From: Zymomonas mobilis subsp. mobilis ATCC 10988
GTDB lineage: Bacteria > Pseudomonadota > Alphaproteobacteria > Sphingomonadales > Sphingomonadaceae
Direction of reading: 5' to 3'
Assembly: GCF_000175255.2 (NCBI RefSeq)
Contig: NC_017262.1
Coordinates: forward strand, 210,001-242,000
DNA length: 32,000 nt
In this document: one piece after another, positions 9,466 through 18,256 of the stretch
How the letters are laid out: each line of letters begins with the position of its first letter
Position numbering within the stretch: the stretch's first letter is position 1
Translations under genes and position numbers: made by a program
The notes under the pieces: generated by a model
The model's input: only the letters and a program-made list of their open reading frames with translations
Database searches by the model: none
Told to the model about the DNA's origin: nothing

Positions 9466-10437
9466 ATGAGTAAAATTCCCGCACCTAATGAAAAAACCAG
9501 CCGATCCGATTCTGGTTCCTCGATTTTGCGTAAACCGGACTGGCTTCGTGTCCGTTCTCCCGGTGGCGCTGCTTTTAATGAAACCCACGGCTTGATACGG
9601 AAACTGGGTCTGGCCACGGTGTGCGAAGAAGCAGCCTGTCCCAATATTGGAGAATGCTGGACAAAAAAACAGGCAACCGTCATGATTTTGGGGGAAGTCT
9701 GTACCCGTGCCTGTGCTTTTTGCAATGTAAAGACAGGCCATCCCGACAAGGTCAATCCTTTGGAACCGGGGCATGTTGCTGATGTCGCTGCCGAAATGAA
9801 TTTGGAGCATATTGTTATCACATCGGTTGATCGTGACGACCTCGAAGATGGCGGCGCTTCACAATTTGTCAAAGTTATTGAAGCTGTCAGAGCAAGAACC
9901 CCGAAAACGACGATTGAGATTCTGACCCCAGATTTCCGTGGTAAGCCGGATCATGCATTGGATATGATCGTCAAAGCCCGCCCCGATGTATTCAATCACA
10001 ATCTTGAAACGGTGCCCCGTCTTTACCCGACGATTCGTCCGGGAGCGCGTTATTTCACTTCCTTGCGCTTGCTTGAAAAAGTGCGGGAACGGGACCCCTC
10101 TATTTTTACCAAATCCGGTTTAATGCTGGGTTTAGGCGAAGATCGTTTGGAAGTGCATCAGGTCATGGACGACATGCGGCAAGCGGATGTCGACTTCTTA
10201 ACCTTAGGGCAATATTTGCAACCTACGCCGCGCCATGTTCGGGTAGAAGAGTTTGTTACACCTGACAGCTTCAAGGCCTATGCGGCGACAGCTAGAGCCA
10301 AGGGTTTTTCAATGGTGGCATCCTCTCCTTTAACGCGTTCCAGCTATTATGCCGGTGCTGATTTTGCGCGTTTAAAAGAAGCCCGCCAAAAGAAGTTGGA
10401 AAAAATAGCCGCCAAAAATAGCGGGAAGGGTGCCTAA
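9466..10437 (+). CDS. lipA: Lipoyl synthase (radical SAM)
   Basis: [12 protein letters not shown] and the radical SAM motif [10 protein letters not shown], plus [19 protein letters not shown] and [14 protein letters not shown] prefer the internal ATG at 9466 ([10 protein letters not shown]) over 9421. Confidence 0.96.
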   Translation: MSKIPAPNEKTSRSDSGSSILRKPDWLRVRSPGGAAFNETHGLIRKLGLATVCEEAACPNIGECWTKKQATVMILGEVCTRACAFCNVKTGHPDKVNPLEPGHVADVAAEMNLEHIVITSVDRDDLEDGGASQFVKVIEAVRARTPKTTIEILTPDFRGKPDHALDMIVKARPDVFNHNLETVPRLYPTIRPGARYFTSLRLLEKVRERDPSIFTKSGLMLGLGEDRLEVHQVMDDMRQADVDFLTLGQYLQPTPRHVRVEEFVTPDSFKAYAATARAKGFSMVASSPLTRSSYYAGADFARLKEARQKKLEKIAAKNSGKGA

Positions 10438-10880
10438 TGCCGCATTATACAGAATCAAAAATATTGCCCTATACGCCACAGCAACTTTTTGATCTGGTCG
10501 CGGATATCAGCCGTTATCCTGAATTTTTGCCATGGGTAATCGCCGTTCGGATTCGGTCTCGTGAAGAAAACAGGATGACGGCTGATTTGATTGTGGGCTT
10601 CAAGGCTTTTCGGGAAAGCTTTACGTCAAAAGTAACCTTGGATTCACCCCATTCGGTATCGGTTGAATATATCGACGGGCCATTATCCCATCTTCATAAT
10701 GAATGGCATTTCACAGAAGAAGAAGAGGGAAAAACCCGATTAGATTTTATGGTCGATTTTTCTTTCCGGTCGAGAATTTTCGAGGCACTTGCCGGACAAT
10801 TCTTTGATCGAGCCGTGCAAAAAATGACTCAAGCCTTTGAAGAAAGGGCGAATAATCTTTACGGTTTATCCGATGCCTAG
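10437..10880 (+). CDS. COQ10/RatA-like START-domain protein (SRPBCC superfamily)
   Basis: 147 aa: YTPQQLFDLVADISRYPEFLPWVIAVRI...FSFRSRIFEALAGQFFDRAVQKMTQAFEERA. It overlaps the lipA stop by one base (TAATG), which suggests translational coupling. Confidence 0.9.
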   Translation: MPHYTESKILPYTPQQLFDLVADISRYPEFLPWVIAVRIRSREENRMTADLIVGFKAFRESFTSKVTLDSPHSVSVEYIDGPLSHLHNEWHFTEEEEGKTRLDFMVDFSFRSRIFEALAGQFFDRAVQKMTQAFEERANNLYGLSDA

Positions 10881-10959
10881 CGGTTTTTTAGATAAATGGC
10901 GCCTTTAGAAAAAGGCAGATTACATCCTATAAAAAATAGGGAAAATCTATTCTGTCCTT

Positions 10960-10980
10960 GATAAGAAGGTTATCTTTTTT
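10960..10980 (+). terminator. Weak terminator-like hairpin of the lipA-coq10 transcript, abutting the IS element
   Basis: GATAA (10960-10964), GAAGG, TTATC (10970-10974), then TTTTTT (10975-10980). Confidence 0.45.
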
Positions 10981-11054
10981 AGGCTCAGGACCTGTTAATT
11001 TCTTGAGTTGAGCGGGCTGTTGTGATTCACAGGTTTACCGATGGAGGTGAAGCT

Positions 11055-11423
11055 GTGAGTGACGTGTTTTTGCTGTCTGAGCACCAGATGGAACGGATTA
11101 AGCCGTTTTTTCCACTGGCGCATGGTGTGCCGCGTGTCGATGACCGTCGTGTCCTGAGCGGGATCGTTTACGTGATCCGCAACGGCCTTCAGTGGAAAGA
11201 CGCCCCGAAAGCGTATGGCCCGCACAAGACTTTATACAACCGGTTTATCCGGTGGAGCCGCCTGGGTGTCTTTGACCGGATCTTCGTCGCCCTGACGGAG
11301 CAGGCAGGCCGTTCGAAGCGTCTGATGATCGATGCAACACATCTGAAAGCACACCGGACAGCGGCCTCCCTGCTCAAAAAGGGGCTTTTCCCCGCCATAT
11401 CGGACGCACGAAAGGCGGACTGA
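11055..11423 (+). CDS. IS5/IS427-like transposase OrfA (upstream frame)
   Basis: Likely GTG start at 11055: MSDVFLLSEHQMERIKPFFPLAHGVPRVDDRRVLSGIVYVIRNGLQWKDAPKAYGPHKTLYNRFIRWSRLGVFDRIF... The ORF-track start is 11022. Confidence 0.85.
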   Translation: MSDVFLLSEHQMERIKPFFPLAHGVPRVDDRRVLSGIVYVIRNGLQWKDAPKAYGPHKTLYNRFIRWSRLGVFDRIFVALTEQAGRSKRLMIDATHLKAHRTAASLLKKGLFPAISDARKAD

Positions 11424-11818
11424 ACTCAAAGCTTCACGCTGTATGCGATAGTCAGGGCCGCCCTGTCCGGCTGCATCTGACCGCAGGTCAGGTCAGTGAC
11501 TTCAAAGGCGCGGATGTTCTGCTGGCAAATCTGCCGGAAGAAACACAAGAAATTCTCGGGGACCGGGGATACGACAGTAATAAAATCAGACAGTCTCTCG
11601 CAGACCGGAATATCACCGCCTGTATTCCGCCGAAGAAGAACCGGAAATCAAAGCCGCCTTACGACTGGCATCTGTATAAAAAGCGTCACCTCATCGAAAA
11701 TATGTTCGCAAAGCTCAAAGACTGGCGGCGTGTCGCAACACGATACGACCGGTGCGCTCACACATTCATGTCAGCAATCCATATCGCAGCAAGTTTCATC
11801 TTCTATCTCAAAGAATGA
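11394..11818 (+). CDS. IS5/IS427-like transposase OrfB portion, -1 frame continuation
   Basis: In the -1 frame the sequence reads RHIGRTKGGLNSKLHAVCDSQGRPVRLHLTAGQVSDFKGADVLLANLPEETQEILGDRGYDSNKIRQ...KNRKSKPPYDWHLYKKRHLIENMFAKLKDWRRVATRYDRCAHTFMSAIHIAASFIFYLKE*, with TGA at 11816-11818. The frame is uninterrupted. Confidence 0.85.
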
Positions 11819-11836
11819 GTCCTGAGCCTAGGTCTG

Positions 11837-11868
11837 GTCTTTCTTCGCTTCTAAAAACGAAGAAAGAC
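11837..11868. terminator. Strong 11-bp hairpin next to the right end of the IS, at the 3' side of cinA
   Basis: GTCTTTCTTCG (11837-11847) pairs perfectly with CGAAGAAAGAC (11858-11868). There is no T tract directly after it on the minus strand. Confidence 0.5.
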
Positions 11869-11912
11869 AACCTTACTTTCCAATTATTCGCCAGCCAAAT
11901 GGCCGTCAGTTT

Positions 11913-12599
11913 TTAACCTTGAGAGATCGACGCATCCGGCATTAACAGGCTGAGGGCGCATAAAGCTGCCTGTAAACGGATACCGGAACGCCCTAAATCT
12001 CCGAAAGATTTCTGTTCCGCAACGACTTCATTCGGATCAGCATCCCGTCTTGCCCGTGCAAAAACAACGGTGCCAACGGGTTTTCTTTCATCGCCGCCGG
12101 TCGGGCCCGCAATACCTGTAATCGCAACCGCAATATCAGCATCGCTTTTTTCAACGGCATTCCGTGCCATTGCCCAAGCAACCGCCAAAGAAACAGAGCC
12201 AAAGGTTTCGATGACGTCCTGACTAATATTCAGAAGGTCTATTTTTGCCTGATTGGCATAGGTCACAAATCCGGCATCAAAGACATCAGAAGCCCCCGGA
12301 ACCTCGGTCAAGGCCGCCATTACCAAACCACCGGTGCAGCTTTCTGCAACGGCAATACGCTGACCGGCTGCACGATTGGCATCGATCACCAAGCTGGCGC
12401 GGGTTACCAATTCATTCGGTAAATTATAATGGACATTTTCCTGCGGCTGGTTTTCTTCCATATTTTGGATAGTTTTTTGTAATTCTTCACTATCCTGGGC
12501 AGAAATATCCTGCTGTTCTGCCTTTTGCTGAAGCGCTTCTTTCTCGGTATCAGAAGGCTGCGAGGACAGGCCATCCGTCTGGTTATTGTCCATAGTCAT
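11913..12599 (-). CDS. CinA C-terminal-domain protein (nicotinamide-nucleotide amidohydrolase family) with an acidic N-terminal extension
   Basis: RIAVAESCTGGLVMAALTEVPGASDVFDAGFVTYANQAKIDLL and AVAITGIAGPTGGDERKPVGTV. The start is probably at 12599 or 12593 (MTMDNNQ), not the track start at 12653. Confidence 0.88.
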   Translation of the reverse strand: MTMDNNQTDGLSSQPSDTEKEALQQKAEQQDISAQDSEELQKTIQNMEENQPQENVHYNLPNELVTRASLVIDANRAAGQRIAVAESCTGGLVMAALTEVPGASDVFDAGFVTYANQAKIDLLNISQDVIETFGSVSLAVAWAMARNAVEKSDADIAVAITGIAGPTGGDERKPVGTVVFARARRDADPNEVVAEQKSFGDLGRSGIRLQAALCALSLLMPDASISQG

Positions 12600-12603
12600 C
12601 GGT

Positions 12604-13143
12604 TTAATCTCCCGAACAAATATCAAAAGGCAAAATACGTCCAACCTTGCCAATTTTCTTAATCAAGGCGAATGTGGAAACAGAAACATCCCCGATTTTA
12701 TTGGCGGGTTGTTCTGCTACAAATGGCAAAAAGCCATTTACGATTTCACAGGATTGCGGCTTCATCTTTTGGCTGACGATATCGGAAACCATGGTTTCAA
12801 TCGCAGCTCTTTTGCCCGCATCTCCCATATCGGCCACAGCCGACCCGCCCAGCCGTTCAAAAGCGGCTTTTGCCTTAGGCCAGTCGGTTTCACTTTCCTG
12901 ACGAAAGCGCTTGCTAAGGGTCGCTTCCTGCTTCAGCAAATAGGAATCGCTATCCAGCACTGAAGAACATTGCTGTTTTGCGCCTTGCAGCAAGCCCGGT
13001 AAAGCTGTTTCCATCAAAGCCTGCGCTTCGGCATGAGTCATACATTGACTCTGGCTCCCTGCGGCCTCGGTGGCAGCAGCCATAGCGCCCGTCCCAAACA
13101 TGCAGGCAACAAGCGCTATCGAGTGACGAATAACCGGATTCAT
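12604..13143 (-). CDS. Hypothetical exported protein, four cysteines after the predicted signal peptide
   Basis: From the internal Met at 13143: MNPVIRHSIALVACMFGTGAMAAATEA..., a signal-peptide-like N-terminus. No family recognised. Confidence 0.65.
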   Translation of the reverse strand: MNPVIRHSIALVACMFGTGAMAAATEAAGSQSQCMTHAEAQALMETALPGLLQGAKQQCSSVLDSDSYLLKQEATLSKRFRQESETDWPKAKAAFERLGGSAVADMGDAGKRAAIETMVSDIVSQKMKPQSCEIVNGFLPFVAEQPANKIGDVSVSTFALIKKIGKVGRILPFDICSGD

Positions 13144-13154
13144 GGAATAACTAA

Positions 13155-14315
13155 TTAGCACAAAATATCCGGCAAGCGAATACTGGTAACCGCTTGGGCA
13201 GCGATCCCTTCTTTGCGGCCTGTAAAACCAAGCTTTTCAGTTGTCGTTGCTTTGATGCTGACCCTTTGTTCAGGAAGCCCCAGAATCTGGGCAATATGCT
13301 TACGCATGGCTGGTCGATAAGGCCCCACTTTCGGCGCTTCACAGATAACCGTTACATCCGCATGGTCAATGATAGCTCCGGCTTTCTTGGCAAGCGCAAC
13401 AGCATATTCAAGGAATTGGGTCGAATTTGCACCCTTCCATTGTGGATCACTTGGCGGAAAATGGGTTCCGATATCGCCATCAGCAATCGCCCCCAGCAAA
13501 GCATCTGTCAAAGCATGGAGTGCGACATCGGCATCGGAGTGACCGGCAAGACCATGGTCATGCGGAATTTTGATGCCACCCAACATAATATGGTCACCAG
13601 CTTCGAAACAATGAACATCGAAACCTGAACCGCAAACAGAAATCATTTTTTCAGTCATTTGAGCCTCGGCTACAGAAAAATCAGCAGGATAGGTCAGTTT
13701 CTCGAGTAGTCTATCGCCTGTTACCAAGGCAATTTTTTTACCAAAAGCGCGGACAACCTGCGCATCATCTGTTGGTTCATCGCTGCCTGTCCATGCCTGA
13801 TGTGCAGCGATCACGGTCTCAAGATCAAAGGCTTGCGGGGTTTGAACGCGATGGAACAGATTGCGGTCAACGGCTTCGACTTCTTGATTAACAAGAGTAT
13901 CAACAACTGGCAAAACGGGTATCGCTGCCTTAGACGATTTCAAGGCGTCAAGTAGGCGATCAATCACTGTTTTGGGTAAAAAAGGGCGGGCGGCATCATG
14001 AATCAAAACCCGTTTGTAACCACGGTCATGTGCGGCCTTCAAACCATTAATCACAGAATCGCGCCGAAAAACACCACCGATCACTGGCTGCGGTAAATCT
14101 CGGTCTCCGACAGCCTCTTGATATAACGCCTGATGCCCGTCCGCGATAACGACTTGTACCGTATCAATTTCGGGATGGGCGAGCAGGTTATCAATCGCAT
14201 GTGCCAGAATAGCTTTACCAGCGATCTGCCGATATTGCTTTGGCAGGCCTTCACCTGCACGTTTACCCTGACCGGCCGCCACAATAAGCGCTATATTATC
14301 TGTTCTTTTCATCAT
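13155..14315 (-). CDS. ispDF: Bifunctional 2-C-methyl-D-erythritol 4-phosphate cytidylyltransferase / 2,4-cyclodiphosphate synthase
   Basis: IspD motif [17 protein letters not shown] fused to the IspF motifs [48 protein letters not shown] and IGTHFPPSD. Confidence 0.96.
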   Translation of the reverse strand: MMKRTDNIALIVAAGQGKRAGEGLPKQYRQIAGKAILAHAIDNLLAHPEIDTVQVVIADGHQALYQEAVGDRDLPQPVIGGVFRRDSVINGLKAAHDRGYKRVLIHDAARPFLPKTVIDRLLDALKSSKAAIPVLPVVDTLVNQEVEAVDRNLFHRVQTPQAFDLETVIAAHQAWTGSDEPTDDAQVVRAFGKKIALVTGDRLLEKLTYPADFSVAEAQMTEKMISVCGSGFDVHCFEAGDHIMLGGIKIPHDHGLAGHSDADVALHALTDALLGAIADGDIGTHFPPSDPQWKGANSTQFLEYAVALAKKAGAIIDHADVTVICEAPKVGPYRPAMRKHIAQILGLPEQRVSIKATTTEKLGFTGRKEGIAAQAVTSIRLPDILC

Positions 14316-14466
14316 TACCCGCCGAGCCTTAAGCCTTTTCTGAATGCTTGCAATAGAGTTATCGCTTCCTTGAATTGCCGTTTTTATGCAATAGTTGGCC
14401 TTTTATAAAGCCTTTTCAGCCAAGGAAAGCTTGTCTGATTTTTGAAAGCAAGCTAACCATAACCGC

Positions 14467-15492
14467 ATGAACAGCCCTGAACATAATCCTACCCATAATC
14501 TGATTTCGCCTATTCAGATAGGCTCTGTCCGAATTGATAATCCGGTTATTCTAGCTCCGATGACAGGCGTTACGGATTTGCCTTTTCGTCGGATTGTCCG
14601 CCGTTATGGTTCGGGATTGAATGTGACGGAAATGATTGCCAGTCAGGCGATGATTCGGGAAACGCGCCAATCGTTACAAAAATCGACATGGGATCCCTCT
14701 GAAGAGCCCATTTCGGTTCAGTTGGTTGGCTGCACACCGGATGATATGGCCGAATCAGCCAAACTGAATCAGGATCGTGGTGCCGCTATTATTGACATCA
14801 ATATGGGCTGTCCTGTCAGAAAAGTTGTCAGCGGTGATGCTGGCTCTGCTTTAATGCGTGATTTGAAACTGGCGGCCTCGATTATCGAAGCAACTGTCAA
14901 AGCGGTTTCTCTTCCTGTCACCTTAAAAATGCGGATGGGCTGGGACCTAAACAGTCTGAATGCACCAGAACTTGCGCGTATTGCCCAAGATATCGGGGTT
15001 CAGATGGTAACGGTGCATGGCCGTACTCGTAACCAGCTTTATAAAGGTCATGCGGATTGGGCTTTTGTTCGCCAAGTCAAAGACGCTGTGTCGATACCTG
15101 TTATTGTGAATGGCGATATCAATAGCCTTGATGATGCTAAAACAGCCCTGCAACAATCCGGTGCTGATGGCATTATGGTTGGACGAGGCAGCTATGGTAA
15201 ACCGTGGCTTTTATCCCAGTTGATGCAGGGATTGACTGATGGTGAAATGGAAAAAGCACCGTCGATAGATGAACAATATCGCACCATTACCGAACATTAT
15301 GACCATATGTTAAGCTATTACGGTACGATCACGGGCGTCAATATCGCTCGCAAACATATCGGATGGTATACCAAAGGCCTGCCTGCTTCGGCAGAATTTC
15401 GGAATAAAATCAACCGTGAAGAAGACCCCGACAGGGTAAAAGAAATGCTGGCCGAATTTTACCGACCTTGGCTCAGCCAAATAGCCGCCTGA
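14467..15492 (+). CDS. dusB: tRNA-dihydrouridine synthase (NifR3/DusB type)
   Basis: [50 protein letters not shown] and [16 protein letters not shown]. Confidence 0.95.
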   Translation: MNSPEHNPTHNLISPIQIGSVRIDNPVILAPMTGVTDLPFRRIVRRYGSGLNVTEMIASQAMIRETRQSLQKSTWDPSEEPISVQLVGCTPDDMAESAKLNQDRGAAIIDINMGCPVRKVVSGDAGSALMRDLKLAASIIEATVKAVSLPVTLKMRMGWDLNSLNAPELARIAQDIGVQMVTVHGRTRNQLYKGHADWAFVRQVKDAVSIPVIVNGDINSLDDAKTALQQSGADGIMVGRGSYGKPWLLSQLMQGLTDGEMEKAPSIDEQYRTITEHYDHMLSYYGTITGVNIARKHIGWYTKGLPASAEFRNKINREEDPDRVKEMLAEFYRPWLSQIAA

Positions 15493-15504
15493 CGGATTGA
15501 TTTT

Positions 15505-15819
15505 ATGGGAAATATTAAAAAAACGACAGAAATAACACTGCCGCTCCATCTGGGCGGCGGCAAGGTCGCTGTGCCGGAACATGGGCTGGCTGATGCGATG
15601 GAAGCCCATTTACTGTATTATTTTGCTGTTTTCGGGGAAAGCTTACCACCGGACGGTTTGTGGGAACATATCCTTGGCGAGGTAGAAAAACCTTTGCTTA
15701 AAGTTGCCTTACGGGCTGTCGGCGGCAATCGGATCAAAGCCGCAAAATTGCTTGGCATCAACCGAAATACCCTCCGTCAAAAATGTCTAAATCGCCATGT
15801 CGATCCCGACAATCTTTAG
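15505..15819 (+). CDS. Small Fis-type HTH protein resembling only the C-terminal end of NtrC
   Basis: 104 aa: [66 protein letters not shown]. This matches my recollection of alphaproteobacterial NtrC C-termini. No receiver or AAA+ domain is present. Confidence 0.8.
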   Translation: MGNIKKTTEITLPLHLGGGKVAVPEHGLADAMEAHLLYYFAVFGESLPPDGLWEHILGEVEKPLLKVALRAVGGNRIKAAKLLGINRNTLRQKCLNRHVDPDNL

Positions 15820-15949
15820 AATGGGCGAAAGATATTCTTTGTTATAAAATCGATTTGTCTTTCTTGAAATTTTGATTTCAGCCAAAAAATATATCAAATT
15901 AAATCTGATTGTGTTTTGATTGCATCGTCTTTGTAGTATCGTTGCAACG

Positions 15950-18256
15950 ATGATGGAGGATAGCGCTATAGAAAGCACCGAAAAGACAGAGGTAGATCGG
16001 GAAAAAATCCGATTATGGCCTCTTTCCAAAAGAAAGCTTTATTATTTTCTCTATCGCCGCTTTCCTGCATGGGCGGAGACGCTTACCTTTGTCGCCTGTC
16101 TGGTTATTGCTTTTTTTAGCTATAGACTGACTGTTTATCACGGGACACCTGCAAAACCGCTTAGCCCCCTTGTGATCGCTCTGTTACTGGTTGCCAATCT
16201 GGTGCCAGCAATGATGTTGATGGTTTTGTTGGCGAGAAGGCTCGCTTTGAGGCGGGCAGCCAAATCTCCATTGGGTGGGCGAGGGCGGCTTCATGTCCGT
16301 TTGGTCGCTATTTTCTCTATTGTTGCGGCCGTTCCGACCCTGTTAGTGGTTATTTTTGCCTCACTATTATTTCAATACGGGGTTTCTTTCTGGTTTTCGG
16401 ATAGCGCACGTACGATTCTTGCCAATGCTGATCGCGTTGCTCAATCCTATGTAAAGGAAAATACCGATCGTATTATTGGCGATTTGAACGCAATGCCCAA
16501 TGATTTTAGGGCAGCGTTATCGCAAGCCCCCATTGAAGATCCACGTTGGAGCCGCTTTATCTTTATGCAGCTTATCAACCGTGGTTTGAATGAAGTCGCT
16601 CTTTTACAGATGCCGCCTTCGGATACGGGCGCGCCGATTATGTTGGCAGGGGCGCTTACCGATACGCGTCCATTGGAAAACCGCCTTCCGGCGAAGATGA
16701 TTTCTTTGCTACGGGATAAACAGGCACATACATCTATTTCTTCCGGCGACCGGATCGAAGCGGCAATTTTGCTCGATGCCCATTCCAGACTCTATATCTA
16801 TATTTCTCGCCAGCTTGACCCTGTTGTTCTGTTGCAGGCCTCTCGTGCTAAAACGGCTTTGGGGGATTATAACCGTCTGGTCGAAAGTTCGCGTGTTTTA
16901 CAAATTCGTTTTAACGGGGCATTATTGGTTGTCTCGTTGTTGATTGTCGCCATTGCGATTTATATTGCCTTTGTGGTCGCAGACCGTATCGTCCGGCCTA
17001 TCTCTCATATGGTGGAAGCTGTCCGTCGCATTGGCTCCGGTGATCTTGGCGCGCGCACTCATCTGAAACATAATCGTGATGAAATCGGGACACTGGGCTT
17101 TGCCTTTAACCGCATGGCGAACAAGCTTGAAGAACAGACTAATACCTTGATGTCTGTCAATTATTTGCTTGATAGCCGCCGTGCTTTTACGGAAGCCGTC
17201 TTGTCGGGCGTTTCTGCTGGCGTTCTGTCAGTTAACAGCCAACACACCATTCAGCTTGTCAATCTTTCAGCACAAAAGCTGTTAAAGGCCGATGAAAAAA
17301 TCCTAATTGGTGAGAAACTCGATAATATCGCCCCTGAATTAGATAGCCTACTGGCACAGCAGGCAGGGGACAGTATTGTCCATATTCTGGTCGATAATGA
17401 ACCCCGCACTTTCGCAGTCAGGGTTGTCAGAGCCGCTGATAATCATGTTCTGACTTTTGATGATATTACCCAGCAATTGGCGGATCAGCGTTCAGCGGCT
17501 TGGGCAGATGTTGCTCGTCGAATTGCCCATGAAATCAAGAACCCGCTTACACCGATTCAGCTCGCTGCCGAAAGATTGCAACGCCGTTACGGGCGTCAGA
17601 TTACTTCGGATGAAGAAACTTTTAGCCGTCTGACCAGTACTATTGTCAGACAAGTCGGGGATTTACGGCGGATGGTGGATGAATTTTCATCCTTTGCCCG
17701 AATGCCCAAGCCTGTATTCAGGAAAGAGGCCATAAGCGATATTGGCCGTCACGCGCTATTCTTGCACGAGGTTGCTCACCCGCAAATAGGCTTTGTGTTT
17801 GAAGCACAGGAAGACTTGCCGCTCATGGTTTGTGATCAACGGCAATTAGGACGGGCTTTGACTAATCTGGTCAAAAATGCTGTTGAGGCTATCGAAGAAA
17901 ATGATCGCGGCGGCTCTGGCCATGTCTGGATGACTTTAAAACGGGAAGATAGCCATTTGATTATAGAGGTTGCCGATGATGGTATCGGTCTGCCAAAAGA
18001 GCGGGAAAGACTGACCGAACCTTATATGACAACCCGTGTTCGTGGCACCGGACTGGGCTTGGCTATTGTTAAAAAGATTGTTGAGGAACATGCCGGAACA
18101 TTGACTTTTTCAGACCGCGAAGGTGGCGGAACAATCGTGCGTCTTTCTTTTGATCTGGTGGCTCTTGCGCCGGTAACAATCGAAAGTGTAGCAGAAAAGG
18201 GGATAGGTAATCAGGAACCCGCTATTCCCGGACTTACCCGATCAAGGAGCGAATAA
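15950..18256 (+). CDS. ntrY: NtrY-type membrane sensor histidine kinase
   Basis: N-terminal TM segments, HAMP-like region, H-box WADVARRIAHEIKNPLTPIQLAAERLQRRYG, N-box LVKNAVEAIEEN, and G-boxes VADDGIGLP and GTGLGLAIVKKIVEEHAG. An ATG at 15950 or 15953 is likelier than the track start at 15920. Confidence 0.93.
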   Translation: MMEDSAIESTEKTEVDREKIRLWPLSKRKLYYFLYRRFPAWAETLTFVACLVIAFFSYRLTVYHGTPAKPLSPLVIALLLVANLVPAMMLMVLLARRLALRRAAKSPLGGRGRLHVRLVAIFSIVAAVPTLLVVIFASLLFQYGVSFWFSDSARTILANADRVAQSYVKENTDRIIGDLNAMPNDFRAALSQAPIEDPRWSRFIFMQLINRGLNEVALLQMPPSDTGAPIMLAGALTDTRPLENRLPAKMISLLRDKQAHTSISSGDRIEAAILLDAHSRLYIYISRQLDPVVLLQASRAKTALGDYNRLVESSRVLQIRFNGALLVVSLLIVAIAIYIAFVVADRIVRPISHMVEAVRRIGSGDLGARTHLKHNRDEIGTLGFAFNRMANKLEEQTNTLMSVNYLLDSRRAFTEAVLSGVSAGVLSVNSQHTIQLVNLSAQKLLKADEKILIGEKLDNIAPELDSLLAQQAGDSIVHILVDNEPRTFAVRVVRAADNHVLTFDDITQQLADQRSAAWADVARRIAHEIKNPLTPIQLAAERLQRRYGRQITSDEETFSRLTSTIVRQVGDLRRMVDEFSSFARMPKPVFRKEAISDIGRHALFLHEVAHPQIGFVFEAQEDLPLMVCDQRQLGRALTNLVKNAVEAIEENDRGGSGHVWMTLKREDSHLIIEVADDGIGLPKERERLTEPYMTTRVRGTGLGLAIVKKIVEEHAGTLTFSDREGGGTIVRLSFDLVALAPVTIESVAEKGIGNQEPAIPGLTRSRSE

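Larger units (their letters stand above)
10982..11828 (+). mobile_element. Complete IS5-family element, IS427-group-like (847 bp)
   Basis: Terminal inverted repeats GGCTCAGGAC (10982-10991) and GTCCTGAGCC (11819-11828). They are flanked by a 2-bp TA duplication (10980-10981 and 11829-11830) and enclose a two-frame DDE transposase. Confidence 0.92.

Noticed and set aside
9381-9872. 163 aa and 128 aa minus-strand ORFs over the 5' part of lipA
   Set aside because: Antisense to the radical SAM core of lipA, with no independent family signature.
10437-10880. Reading the RatA-like protein as a toxin-antitoxin toxin
   Set aside because: The COQ10/START-domain protein sits directly behind lipA with no antitoxin partner. 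A respiratory quinone-related role is more plausible, despite the database name RatA for some homologues.
11022-11818. Possibility that the IS transposase is a frameshifted pseudogene
   Set aside because: Both frames are long and free of stops, the TIRs and TA duplication are intact, and a perfect -1 slippery heptamer joins the frames at the expected place. Programmed frameshifting is the simpler reading, though only an experiment would prove it.
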